Shown here in pieces: positions 1 to 11,902 of a stretch of DNA of 64,000 nucleotides. This DNA is from Octopus vulgaris (taxonomy: Eukaryota). Position 1 is the first letter of the stretch, and each line of letters begins with the position of its first letter. The stretch spans positions 50,778,001 to 50,842,000 of the forward strand of contig OX597826.1 in assembly GCA_951406725.2 (NCBI GenBank), in the 5' to 3' direction. The notes below the pieces were generated by a model. It ran no database searches, was not told where the DNA came from, and saw nothing but the letters and a program-made list of their open reading frames with translations. Position numbers and translations under genes: made by a program.

Positions 1-1247
1 TATATATATATATATATATATATATTGCATACACACCACATACACATACATACATACACAAAGAGAGAGAGAGGGAGAGCTAAACTAAATTCTTTAATAT
101 TTGAAAATACCATCACCAATGTTGGTAAAGGAAATACAGAAAATAGAACCATATTATTCCAATTATGGTAGAATAACAATGGGGGAAAATATAAAGAGAA
201 GATTCCGCGAAAAACTAAGAATGGCGTTAAGTCATGCACGATTGTATCAAATGTAATGTGAACTTCTTGAAAAATGTCTGAGTGCATCGTAAAAAAGCAT
301 TGTGCTAATCATGTACAACAAATATAGTTTGTTTTTTTCATCGATCATTTTTCAAATCCAATTTATTCCGGTACAGCTTTTCGATCTGGTCTCGAATTTC
401 TAGACAGACTGAGAGCTTCAGAAAAGTAAAAACAAATAGAAGAAAGTGGGGGGATGAAAAAGAAAAGAAGATAAAGGAAAAGAGAAGAGAAAATTAAAAA
501 AAAAAAGGAAAAGCAATGTTGATTAATTTTTTTTATTATTTAGTTGGTGCTAAAAATGTCTGAAGCTCTTTTATTGTTATGAAAGATGATGAAAAATGAA
601 GTGGAAAATTAAGGAGTCTAGTTGTAGTTTGGCGAAGGCAAAAATAGATGAATTTGTTTGTAGAATGATAAAGATGTCTGAAGATAATGGCAACTATGAT
701 GGATTTGGTGATATTAATATCAGGAATGACGAAATAATACCAACTGCCACTAAGCAAATGAATAAATGGATTTTGTTCATAAAAAAAGACACAAGAATAT
801 TTTACAAAGTGTTAGATAAGCTTACATCGTAAGATTTTGTTCAGGCCACTGCTTGATCAGCCCTTCATACTTTTCAATGCATCTAAACACCTAGTTAAGT
901 GACATGGCTTCTGTCACCTGTATTTTCTTGACCAGTTTTCTTGACCTGTATTTTCTTGATTGCGTGTTTATTGTGGATGTTACACTATCTTCTGAAATTA
1001 GAAACTTACAAGGTGCATTTCAGAAGTTACTTAACTTTTTCAGGAGAGACATTCATTAATTTGAAAGAAGTATAAATCACCAATCTCCTTTAATGCTTCA
1101 AAGTACGATCCTCTGACCTCAGTGCACTTGTAGTGCCCCAGCCACTTTGTGGAGGCTCCATGGAAGTCCTTTAAAGTGAAGATGTTCAGGACCGTTGTCA
1201 CATCCTCAACAAGGAGTAAAGTCTGGGCTGTAGAGAAAGTGAGGGAC

Positions 1248-1547
1248 GTGGAGGCACATGGCCTAGTGGTTAAAGCAACAGACTCGCGGTCGAGGGATCG
1301 CGGATTCGAATCTCAGACCGGGCGATGTGTGTTTATGAGTGAAACACCTAAGCTCCACGCAGCTCCGGCAGAAGGTAATGGTGAACTTCTGCTGACTCTT
1401 TCACCACAACTTTCTCTCACTCTTTCCTCCTGCCTCTTGCAGCTCACCTGCGACGGACCGGCGCCCTGTCCAGGTGGTGAACCTATACACCAAGGAAACC
1501 GGGAAACAGGCCCTTATGAGCCAGACGTGGCTCGAGAAGGAACAAAC
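1248..1547 (+). mobile_element. tRNA-derived SINE (family B) with 12-bp TSD
   Basis: A-box TGGCCTAGTGG and B-box-like GATTCGAATCT; TSD aaagtgagggac at 1236-1247 and 1548-1559. Confidence 0.85.
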
Positions 1548-2124
1548 AAAGTGAGGGACAGTTTTGATGTCCATCCCTGTCAAGTAGTTGATTACCAGGA
1601 TGGAATTGTAGAATGGTGTATTGTCCTGGTGCAGGTAATCTGGCCTTTTACGTACAAATCTCTACCTAATTCCACAGTAGGCGCAGGAGTGGCTGTGTGG
1701 TAAGTAGCTTGCTTACCAACCACATGGTTCCGGATTCAGTTCCACTGCGTGGCACTTTGGGCAAGTGTCTTCTACTATAGCCTTGGGCCGACCAAAGCCT
1801 TGTGAGTGGATTTGGTAGACGGAAACTGAAAGAAGCCCGTCGTATATATGTATGTATGTATATATATATAAATTCATAAATGAGGGTGAAAAATTTGATA
1901 TTAATTTAATAATACCATCAATTTAACACCAAGTGGCTTAGCACATAAAAACCAGGGATACAATACAAATTTATACATAAATATGAGAGAGCGACCACTA
2001 TGTGGTCTACTCTAGTGCTAAAAATAGATCCACTATGGTATAGCCACTAAAAAATTGTTTCCAAGGAGAAATAACATAACATTTAACGTGGGGCAAGTGA
2101 AAAATAACGAAAAAAATAGATTAA

Positions 2125-2196
2125 CCCTGAACAATAGTTTCACTATTAATGTAAATGCAATTTTACTTACACAACATCTATAAATCATCAGCAGGA
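2125..2196 (-). ncRNA. Type I hammerhead ribozyme
   Basis: Minus strand: UCCUG-CUGAUGA-UUUAU[hairpin]AUAGU-GAA-ACUAUUGU-U|CAGGG. Canonical core and GUU triplet. Confidence 0.72.
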
Positions 2197-2318
2197 GTTT
2201 GTCTTAAATACAATTTATTAAATTTTTTAGTGGCTATACCATAGTGGATCTATTTTTAGCACTAGAGTAGACCACATTGTGGTCGCTCTCTCATATTTAT
2301 GAAATAAAAAAAAAAATT

Positions 2319-2388
<70 letters not shown>

Positions 2389-2392
<4 letters not shown>

Positions 2393-2592
2393 GAAGCTTT
2401 ATGAAAATAGACAAAAGACGAAGGCAGGTGGAAAACAAACGAACAATTGTATTAGTATGGCGCTCAGGAAATATAAATAAAACAAGTCTTTAACGTTTCG
2501 AGCCTACGCTCTTCAACAGAAAGATACACAGAGAGAAAAAAACACAGAAAGAAGGAGAGAAAAAAAATGCGTGCAGTAGCTAACGAATCAAT
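2389..2592 (-). mobile_element. Short hammerhead-bearing non-autonomous PLE-type module abutting (TA)n; relatives at 28173-28328 (-) and ~43290-43520 (+)
   Basis: Shares the HHR with both relatives, cgctcaggaa with the 28 kb copy and the acctg.cttcgtcttttg tail with the 43 kb copy; each ends at a (TA)n tract. Confidence 0.65.
2487..2524 (-). ncRNA. Minimal type I hammerhead variant (A6U)
   Basis: Minus strand: UCUUU-CUGUUGA-A-GAGC-GUAG-GCUC-GAA-ACGU-U|AAAGA. Confidence 0.7.
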
Positions 2593-3471
2593 GTATGTGT
2601 GTGTGTGTGTTTATGTGTCTGTCCCCAAACATCGCTTGACAACCGATGGTGTTGTGTTTACGTCCCCGTAACTTAGCGGTTCGGCAAAAGAGACCGATAG
2701 AATAAGTACTAGGCTTACGAAGAATAAGTCCTGGGGTCGATTTGCTCGACTAAAAGGCGGTGCTCCAGCATGGCCGCAGTCAAATGACTGAAACAAGTAA
2801 AAGCGTAAAAGAGAGTAATCCCCACTCAAAGTATTCTTTGTTGACCTCTGGCTAGAGGGAACTCAGTGGATGTTGATGGTGCCCTTACTGTCGAGAAAGG
2901 AGATAATCATGAGCTTCCCAGTGGACTTGTTTGACTTGTCCTCTTGTGTCAATGATAAACAGCTGCTCGACTCATACAAGTTAACCTATAAGCACCCTGG
3001 AGTGCAATTCATAAGTTTCTGTTGTGTTTTTTTGCCCAGTTCAACACAAAACTTTATTGCATAGCGAACTTCCAAATTGTCTTCATGTCCCGACTGTATT
3101 CTACTAAATAGTCAGCTGTGAAAAGTAATGTTTAGTAAGGTGTCCTCAAAGTAATGTTACAGTTGTCTTCTTCATTTTGGAATAACGAAAGTTGGCAGCA
3201 CAGTCTGTTAGATGTCTAATAATAATAATAATAAACTAAAATTACAGCGATCTAGGACTGTTTATAACTGCTTCTCCTAAAAGCAGTCTCAAACCTGCTG
3301 AACTGTACCTCGTATTTGCATATTAGCATGTCATGTGCTGAATAGATAATAATAATAACAACAACAATAATAATAATAACAATAATAATAATAATAATAA
3401 CAATAATAATGATAATAATAATAATGATAATAATGATAATAATAATAATAATGATGATAATAATAATACTG

Positions 3472-3507
<36 letters not shown>

Positions 3508-3809
3508 CAGATAAAAACTGATGTTGTGACATTTTCCCCGTAACTTGAAGACAAAACCTCCCATTTAGGGGTGTTCAAATCTAAAAGAAGCTAATTTTAA
3601 TCTTTGTAAAAGTAACGTTAAAGAGTTGATCGTGTCTTTGTTGCCAAATGGATCTGTTTTGGTTTTGCTAAGTTTCCTCAACGAAGAATATTCAGTAATA
3701 CTTGGTTCCACATTAATAGACAATTCATGTATACGAAAGGGATAGGATATGTACTGTAGTTGGTGTCCGTCCATTCGTACGCACGCACGCATGTATGTAT
3801 GTATGTATG

Positions 3810-3857
<48 letters not shown>

Positions 3858-3916
3858 CTTGTGCATGTATATGAGTATATATATATATATATATATAAGC
3901 TTGTGCATGTATATGA

Positions 3917-3975
<59 letters not shown>

Positions 3976-3977
3976 GC

Positions 3978-4032
<55 letters not shown>

Positions 4033-4048
4033 CTTGTGCATGTATATG

Positions 4049-4095
<47 letters not shown>

Positions 4096-4115
4096 CATGC
4101 TTGCATGCATGCATG

Positions 4116-4179
<64 letters not shown>

Positions 4180-4214
4180 AAATCAAAATAAGCAACAAGG
4201 ATATCTAGAGTTAA

Positions 4215-4306
4215 TGCAGTACGATCGTTTCATGCAACTCCATTTAATTGAACAATGCAATCATTTCATTGCATCAATTTAAAATGTAGAGCAATCTTCA
4301 GCTGCA
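4215..4306 (-). ncRNA. Type I hammerhead ribozyme
   Basis: Minus strand: UGCAG-CUGAAGA-UUGC[long hairpin]GCAU-GAA-ACGAUCGU-A|CUGCA. Perfect palindromic stem III and GUA triplet. Confidence 0.8.
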
Positions 4307-4916
4307 CAAAGACATAGAATTTAATTAAATTAGAACACAAGGACACATTAGAATAATTTTACCTAAAATCTCCCAGAAGTTAAGGAGATAGATGAACATG
4401 TGCCAACAACATCATAGTTGTATATATATATATGTATGTATATAATCGTGTCTATAGTCCTTTAGGACAGTTTTCATTTCTCCTTCGCGTTACCCATTTT
4501 TCTCTTGTCTTGCAGCTCTAAGGTTATGTTTTCTGCTGTATATGTATTATTATCATTTTAATTGTTGTCTTTGTGTGGCCCGAAGCCTTTATTCTGTTTA
4601 TTGTTTTGTCCCTCGTCCGTCCACGAACAGTCTCGTTTCGAACTCGTCTCGTTTTGCTCTGGTTTGATCCCATTCCCGGCAAGTTTCTTGCCGTTGCCTC
4701 CAGATTGGAAGTAATATTATCGATAATGGCCGAAATTGCACTTGACCCTCTGGTTGATAACTGAAGAAGAGTTGGTGACCTTCTGTGTTTTCTGTTCGTC
4801 TGTGTATTTAGTATACGTTCCTTTGTTTACTTACTACACGTTTTTTGGAATTATATATATGTATATACAGGTATGTCATATTTTCCGTTTGATTGACTTT
4901 TTATTTAATCCTGAAA

Positions 4917-5296
4917 GTGGCTGTGTGGTAAGTAGCTTGCTAACCAACCACATGGTTCCGGGTTCAGTCCCACTGCGTGGCATCTTGGGCAAGTGTCTTC
5001 TGCTATAGCCCCGGGCCGACCAATGCCTTGTGAGTGGATTTGGTAGACGGAAACTGAAAGAAGCCTGTCGTATATATGTATATATATATATATGTGTATG
5101 TGTGTGTGTTTGTCCCCCTAACATTGCTTGACAACCGATGCCAGTGTGCTTACGTCCCCGTCACTTAGCGGTTCGGCAAAAGAGACCGATAGAATAAGTA
5201 CTGGGCTTACAAAGAATAAGTCCCAGGGTCGATTTGCTCGACTAAAGGCGGTGCTCCAGCATGGCCGCAGTCAAATGACTGAAACAAGTAAAAGAG
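4917..5296 (+). mobile_element. SINE family A (~390 bp, internal TA/TG microsatellite)
   Basis: Head tggctgtgtggtaagtagcttgc...ggttcagtccc, CORE-like cttgggcaagt, tail gactgaaacaagtaaaagag; about 15 copies in the window. Confidence 0.85.
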
Positions 5297-5587
5297 TATA
5301 TATAAGAATTAGAAAAAAAAACCTTGGTACTGTGGAGTATATATGAAAAAGTGAAGAAGAATGACTTTTTCTTATGATTATTTTCCACTTTAATGGTTAG
5401 CTAATCATTACAGTGGAAAATAATCAACAGCAGAAATAACTCTTCTTCATTTTTCACAGACAGACACTCGCGTGCGCGCACACACGATATTTTGTATGTA
5501 TAAATATAAATGTATATATGTATATATATATATAAATATATATCTATCTATTTATTCATCTATATAAGTTCAGGCATACATACATGA

Positions 5588-5635
<48 letters not shown>

Positions 5636-5839
5636 CATATTTATATTAATAAAAGACTTATGTTTTGCAATAAAATGGTTTTCTTCCTTATTCGAGAATG
5701 TTATCAGATGATAACATTAACATTGTGAATCTGTGGAAAGCTGCATAATTATTTCAAAACTATTTCAAGCATTTTGCAAACGTTATATTAACTACTACTA
5801 CTACTACTACTATATTAGCATACATACACTTTTATATAC

Positions 5840-6051
5840 TCTTACTCTTTTACTTGACTCTTTTACTCTTTTAGTCGAGCAAATCCACCCCAGCACTTAT
5901 TCTTTGGAAGCCTAGTACTTATTCTATCGGTCTCTTTTGCCGAATGTAAGTTACGGGGACGTAAACACACCACCATCGGTTGTCAAGCGATGTTGGGGGG
6001 GGGGCAAACAAAGACACACAAGCATATGCACACACATACATACATATATAC

Positions 6052-6088
<37 letters not shown>

Positions 6089-6237
6089 CGACGGGATTCG
6101 TTCAGTTTCCGTCTACCAAATCCACTTACAAGGCTTTGGTCGGCCCGAGGCTATAGTAGAAGACATTTGCACAAGGTGCCACGCAGTGGGAATGAACCCG
6201 GAACCATGTGGTTGGTAAGCAAGCCATTCCTGCGCCT
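5840..6237 (-). mobile_element. SINE family A
   Basis: Reverse-complement match to 4917-5296. Confidence 0.8.
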
Positions 6238-6823
6238 ACATATATTAGAATTGTATATCTATGATATATTATAAATATATTTTTATTGTAAATAATACTC
6301 TTAGAACATCGGCAAAGATACACTTTTCATATGTTAAAAATGAAATTTTAAAAATTATTTTCATATCCTATACGTTGGATATGCAGATTTCACGAAACGG
6401 GGATAGATACAACTGTCTTCACACGACGTACCTCAAATTACTCCACTAAACACGATACTCCAATAAATGCAAACTCTCAACGACTTCCACGAACTCTCAA
6501 CGACTCCTACGACTCGTCTTAATCAATATGTGACTCTTTATAAGAGTTCGGTTAGTCCATTCTACCAATCCCATATGATTATAAACAATGCACTTACAAT
6601 ATTAGCATACGTACATTTTTCATATCGTTGCGAGATGGAAGTGTGTTTTGAACCATTGCATTCATGCTTTCCAAGCTATGGATCTCGGCTGCCAAAAAAA
6701 GCATTAAGCTCATAAGGCTCACATAATTGTGCTTCAGCCAATGACATCGATTGATGAGGTGAAATCTTTCCGCTACATGGTTTGTAGGATGTTCAGGAAC
6801 TTTTTGTCGACGGTATATAAAAA

Positions 6824-7055
6824 GGCGGCGAGCTGGCAGAAACGTTAGCACTCCGGGCGAAATGCTTAGCGGTATTTCGTCTGCATTACGTTGTGAGTTC
6901 AAATTCCGCCGAGGTCGACTTTGCCTTTCATCCTTTCGGGGTCGATAAATTAAGTACCAGTTACGCACTGGGGTCGATGTAATCAACTTAATACCTATGT
7001 CTGTCCTTGTTTGTCCCCTCTGTGTTTAGCCCCTTGTGAGTAATAAAGAAATAGG
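6824..7055 (+). mobile_element. SINE family C; at least 12 further copies or fragments (e.g. 7070-7280, 8040-8258, 12510-12670, 15432-15630, 17381-17590, 25133-25515, 33097-33300, 51100-51500, 52715-52895)
   Basis: Head ggcggcgagctggcagaa.cgttag...gagttcaaattcc and conserved central gtcgactttgcctttcatcctttcggggtcgataaa.taagtaccag. Confidence 0.8.
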
Positions 7056-7396
7056 CAAGTTAAAAATTGGTTTCAGATTTTGGCACAGGCCCAGCAATTT
7101 TATGAAAGGGGTAATTCGTTTACATCGAGCCCAGTATTCAGCTGGTTCTTATTTTATCTACCTCAAAGGGACGGAAGCCGAAGTTTTGACCTTGGCGAAA
7201 TTTTAACTCAGAACGCGAAGACGGCCGAAATGCCGCTAAGTATTTTCCCGGCGTGCTAACGGCTCTGCCACTTCGCCGCTTTGTCTGTCTTTAAATATTA
7301 AAAACTGTTGATGACACCACTCGGAGTTATGTTGGTAAATCTCACGAAAAGTCGTTCTTATTTCCTTATCTTAATCTGTCCTTGTTAATTATGAAT

Positions 7397-7758
7397 TAAC
7401 AAGGTGAAGGCGCATGGCTCAGTGGTTAGAGCGTCGAGCTTACGATCGTGAGGTTGTGAGCTCGAATCCCAGACCGGGCTGCGTGTTGTGTTCTTGAGCA
7501 AGGCACTTTATTTCACGTTGCTCCAGTTCACTCAGCTGTAGAAATGAGTTGCGACGTCACTGGTGCCAAGCTGTATCGACCTTTGTCTTTCCCTTGGATA
7601 ACACTGGTGGCGTGGAGAGGGGAGGCTGGTATGCATGGGCGACTACTGGTCTTCCATAAAAAAAAACAACCTTGCCCGGACTTGTGTCTAGGAGGGCAAC
7701 TTTCTAGGTGCAATCCCATGGTCATTCATGACCGAAGGGGGTCTTTACCCTTTACCCT
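7397..7758 (+). mobile_element. tRNA-derived SINE (family D) with 12-bp TSD
   Basis: A-box TGGCTCAGTGG, B-box GCTCGAATCCC, central ttgagcaaggcactt, (tttaccc)n tail; TSD ttaattatgaat at 7385-7396 and 7759-7770. Confidence 0.8.
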
Positions 7759-9199
7759 TTAATTATGAATCATTGCGGTTGTATATATCAGAACGTTGCA
7801 CTGGCCAAATGTTCTTTTAATCGTTAATTCTCAAATGCTGTTATCCATTCGCTTGCTGTAAAAATGTATTTATCATATTCCCGGTTAAATAAGCAGAATG
7901 AAAAGTGATAATTCAGTGTGCTTTTGTGACTGCAACACGTCGATTATTCATTAACTGCATCACAATTAATTTAAATATACTATGAATATAAATTCATATT
8001 TATAAATAATATATCTAGAATATTAACACTTATGTATATTGGTTTCAAATTTTGGCACAAGACCAGCAAGTACATCGACCCCACTACTCAACTAGTACTT
8101 ATTTTGGCGAACGAAAGATCACCCTTATTTTATCGACCCTGGAAGGGAATGAAAGGCAAAGTCAACTTCAGCTGCATTTGAACTCAGAACGTAAAGATGG
8201 ACGAAATGCTGCAAAGCATTTTGCCTGGCGTGCCACCGGTTCTGCCAGCTTGCTGCCTTATATATGTAGAATATTAGCATGCATGCATGCATGCATACAT
8301 GCATACATGCATACATGCATACATACATACATATATGTATAAAATATATATATATAAAAATACAAAATGGGACAAGAACGCAAAACACTCAAAGAGACGA
8401 CACAAGAAACGGATCATCCTCGCAATTTCGTCTGATTAATCTTGAGATCGCTCCGATCCGGCCAGCCCCAAGGAAAAACTAAGCTACGAGCATTAGATTT
8501 CTTGAGAAAAGGATCGAATGTATACGAAACAAGGACAGAAAAACGGACGATGCCACACGAATATAAATACAAAAAACAATAATAGTAATAACAGGACAAA
8601 AACAGCGGGTGTCTTACGACTTTAGACAGTTCAACTTAGCTTAGCTGGCGTATTTGGAAAAAAATGCCTTTGCGGCAAACGAAGAAAACGATGTTGTCGT
8701 GGCGGTGGTCAGAAGCCGAAAGGCTAATATATATATATATTAAACTATTGTTGCAGAACAAACAAATATAAGGTCATCCACGTAACATTTCATATCTCGA
8801 ACATTTAATCACATAATGCTTTTTCTTTCACATAGAATATACATGTATAACATCACGGAAGATGAAACATAACTCATCAGTACAAGCATATAAGAAAAAT
8901 ACAAGAAAAATGTGTGAATACAGTTCATCGCGGTTAAAAGTTAACGATTAATACTTTAGCGACTAAAAAATATTTTTTTTTTTTAAACATTACAATACCT
9001 AGAATAATAAATACATAAAAATATAAAGAAATATATAAATATATAGATATATAAAAAGATATAAAAGTATAAAAATACATATATATAGGAAGCATATAAA
9101 TAAGTAATATATAATATATAAGGTAAGATAAAAGTTCATCGTTTAGAAATTTTTTTTTTTTCGATTAAAAATTACTTTTCAAGATAATGGAAACCTATA

Positions 9200-11010
9200 G
9201 TTAAAAGCCAGTGTCCAAGCAAAGAAGAAGAAACCATATTTACATTCCCTACGGCCATTTCAGGAGTACATCACTGTATTTAATGCACGAGGGTGCATCA
9301 CAATAATTACTCCTTCGTCAGGGGAAAAATAAAGAAACAGACATCACGTACCAGGGCGAGACTTCCTTAACCAAACCTAACATAATATTGCGTGGTTTCT
9401 TATTTAAGAAGTCATGCTTAGACCAGCCCAAATAAAAGAATTAAAACAGTAAAAAAAAGTTTTTAAAAAAACCGTTAAAAAAAAGAAAAAAAAAAAAAAG
9501 GCCCGATATTAATGGGTGTATTAAATTAAATTCAACCTCGATGGTTTCAATTCCCTGTAAGAGCTAAATTATTGACTTGCTACAACTTATTTTATTCCTG
9601 TATACTTTTAAGAATGTAGATGAAAATTTATGGATGCAAAAAGGAATCACGTCAGTAAATTTATTCAGAGTGTGTGGTCCATAACACCCAAGGATGGTAA
9701 AGGATTCCCTTATGCACAGCTTACACTTGTTAATATTTCCTTTGAAATTTGGGGTTTTAGAGACAATGGACCATTCTAGATAATAATTCTCATTCTTCTT
9801 CTTCAAATTATGTATATGGGATGCAAGTGTTGTTGAATTACAATATTTATCGTTAGAAAATGAGCTCATATGCTATCTATATCTAGCCTTAAAATCTACC
9901 GTGCTACCTATATAAAATTTATTTAACTTATCCTCGTCCTTGACTACACATTTATATATGACGTTAGTAACTAGACAGGAACCATCTAAGGGACATAATT
10001 CGGGGTTTCTACAATTACATTTCTTCCCGGGGCCTTTCCTAGTTTTATTTCTATTGTTACCTTTACTTTTTGTATCCTCAGTTCTAGACAGGTTTCCCTC
10101 TTTCATTCCATCAAATCTTCCCTTATTACTTGGGTTCGATAGACCCGGTAAAGGCAGACTGTTTGTACCATTGGCATTAGGCGTTACAGAATTATTATTC
10201 GCAGGTCTTTGGTCATCCTCAAAGGAACTTTTCCAGCTATCCCGCCCAGCAAGCTTGCTTCTATTGATTGATGCAATAATCGCAGCAAAGTTAGAGTAAG
10301 AGAACTTGATCGTTGACTTGTTGCAAATACTATAGTATTTATGATTCCTTGGGAAGTTCTCTTTCAGAATTCTAAAAAAACATTTTTGGTAAGTTCCTTA
10401 CTCTAAGGGAGAAAGGGGGAGCGAACCAAACAACTTCCCTTATTCTAGACCGTGAGCCTCCCGTTTTATTTAACTCCTTGTCAAGATTATTAATTTTCTT
10501 ATACCTGTACCTATTACGAGCATCCCTAAACACATTACTACTCAAAGGCCGCTTATTATTGCAATCGGGTGGTTCCCTGCATTTATTCATAGTATTCGTG
10601 ACGTGTTTAATTGGCAAACCAGCCATTTTGTTTTTGAGTCTAGTATCAGGGATATAACATATTTTAGATTTGAAGCCACTTAATTTTAGGGCATTATTAT
10701 ACACCGGTGCATGCTGTTCAAAAAGTTTTTCATTTGCAGATAAATTAGATATTCTAGTTGAAATCGCAGTAATGATGCTGTCTATTGTGGATTTTGGGTG
10801 ATTGGATGATACATTAATATATGATATGGATATTAGGCTTACGAAAGGGATAATAGAGACCGGTATTTAAACACAAGGTAATATCCAAAAAATTTACCAC
10901 CCTAGAATTAATGTCGAAGATGATGTCAAGATTAAAAAAATCCCTCAAGAAGCTTCTCAGCGATTTCTTTAATCTGTTAAATTCCGTCTTAGAGAGGCCC
11001 AGCACGGCAA
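9200..11010 (-). mobile_element. 5'-truncated Penelope-like retroelement (RT C-terminus, Cys linker, C-terminal GIY-YIG endonuclease), pseudogenised; tentatively Nematis-like
   Basis: Motifs VNFLDITL, YPFRKPN, YNNALKLSGF, VVWFAPPFS, FPRNHKY..ICNKSTIKFSYS, CNCRNPELCPLDGSCLVTNVIYK, FYIGST..FKARYR, KCKLCIRE. Frameshifts and an in-frame TAG at 9873-9875; ORF ends at 9564; hammerhead about 240 nt downstream. Confidence 0.9.
9245..9326 (-). ncRNA. Type I hammerhead ribozyme in the 3' region of a Penelope-like element
   Basis: Minus strand: UUCCC-CUGACGA-AGGAGUA[extended hairpin]UACUCCU-GAA-AUGGCCGU-A|GGGAA. Canonical core, 5-bp stem I, 7-bp base of stem II, GUA cleavage triplet. Confidence 0.85.
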
Positions 11011-11308
11011 AATATTTTTTTTAATATTTTTCATTTGTTTTATTTATTTTATTTTAAAAATTTTTATCTTTTATATTTTTTGCTTTTTTAAATTTTAATG
11101 TGTTTTATTTATTTTATTTCATGTTTTATTTTATTTTATTTTATTTTTACAGGACCTCACCAACTATAAACAGTATGAAGTACGTAAACAAACGAATTAA
11201 ATTAGCAAAGAGAGAAAAAAAATGTGTTACTTGTTCTGTTTTCCACTTTTTCTCTTGTTGTTTGCGTATTTAACTCGTGTACAGTTGGTGATATCCTGTA
11301 CCAATATA

Positions 11309-11902
<594 letters not shown>

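Larger units (their letters stand above)
1010..2960 (-). mobile_element. Decayed mariner transposon split by two SINE insertions
   Basis: After removing the inserts the minus strand reads KSTGKLMIISFLDSKG...VNKEYF (2820-2940), then YLHQDNTP...IKTVPHFLYSPDFTPC...KDFHGASTKWL...RGSYFE (1090-1650). Confidence 0.8.

Noticed and set aside
536-832. Overlapping 73-78 aa ORFs in unique sequence
   Set aside because: No motif, splice context or homology recognised.
1248-1325. tRNA-like sequences at SINE heads
   Set aside because: A/B boxes are present but they continue into SINE bodies with TSDs; not tRNA genes.
1149-1703. 184-aa plus-strand ORF
   Set aside because: Antisense of a mariner relic plus a SINE.
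3855-4050. Regularly spaced aagcttgtgcatgtatatg repeats (CRISPR-like look)
   Set aside because: Spacers are (TA)n; eukaryotic slippage repeat with no cas genes.
4725-4775. ccGAAA followed by CUGAAGA (possible type II permutation)
   Set aside because: Stems II and III cannot be paired.
8770-8885. CUGAUGA...GAAA hammerhead-like signal on the minus strand
   Set aside because: No stem I complementarity and G at the cleavage position; at most a dead relic.
11148-11300. 21-bp imperfect inverted repeat next to the PLE 5' break
   Set aside because: No TSD or second copy seen; cannot be assigned.
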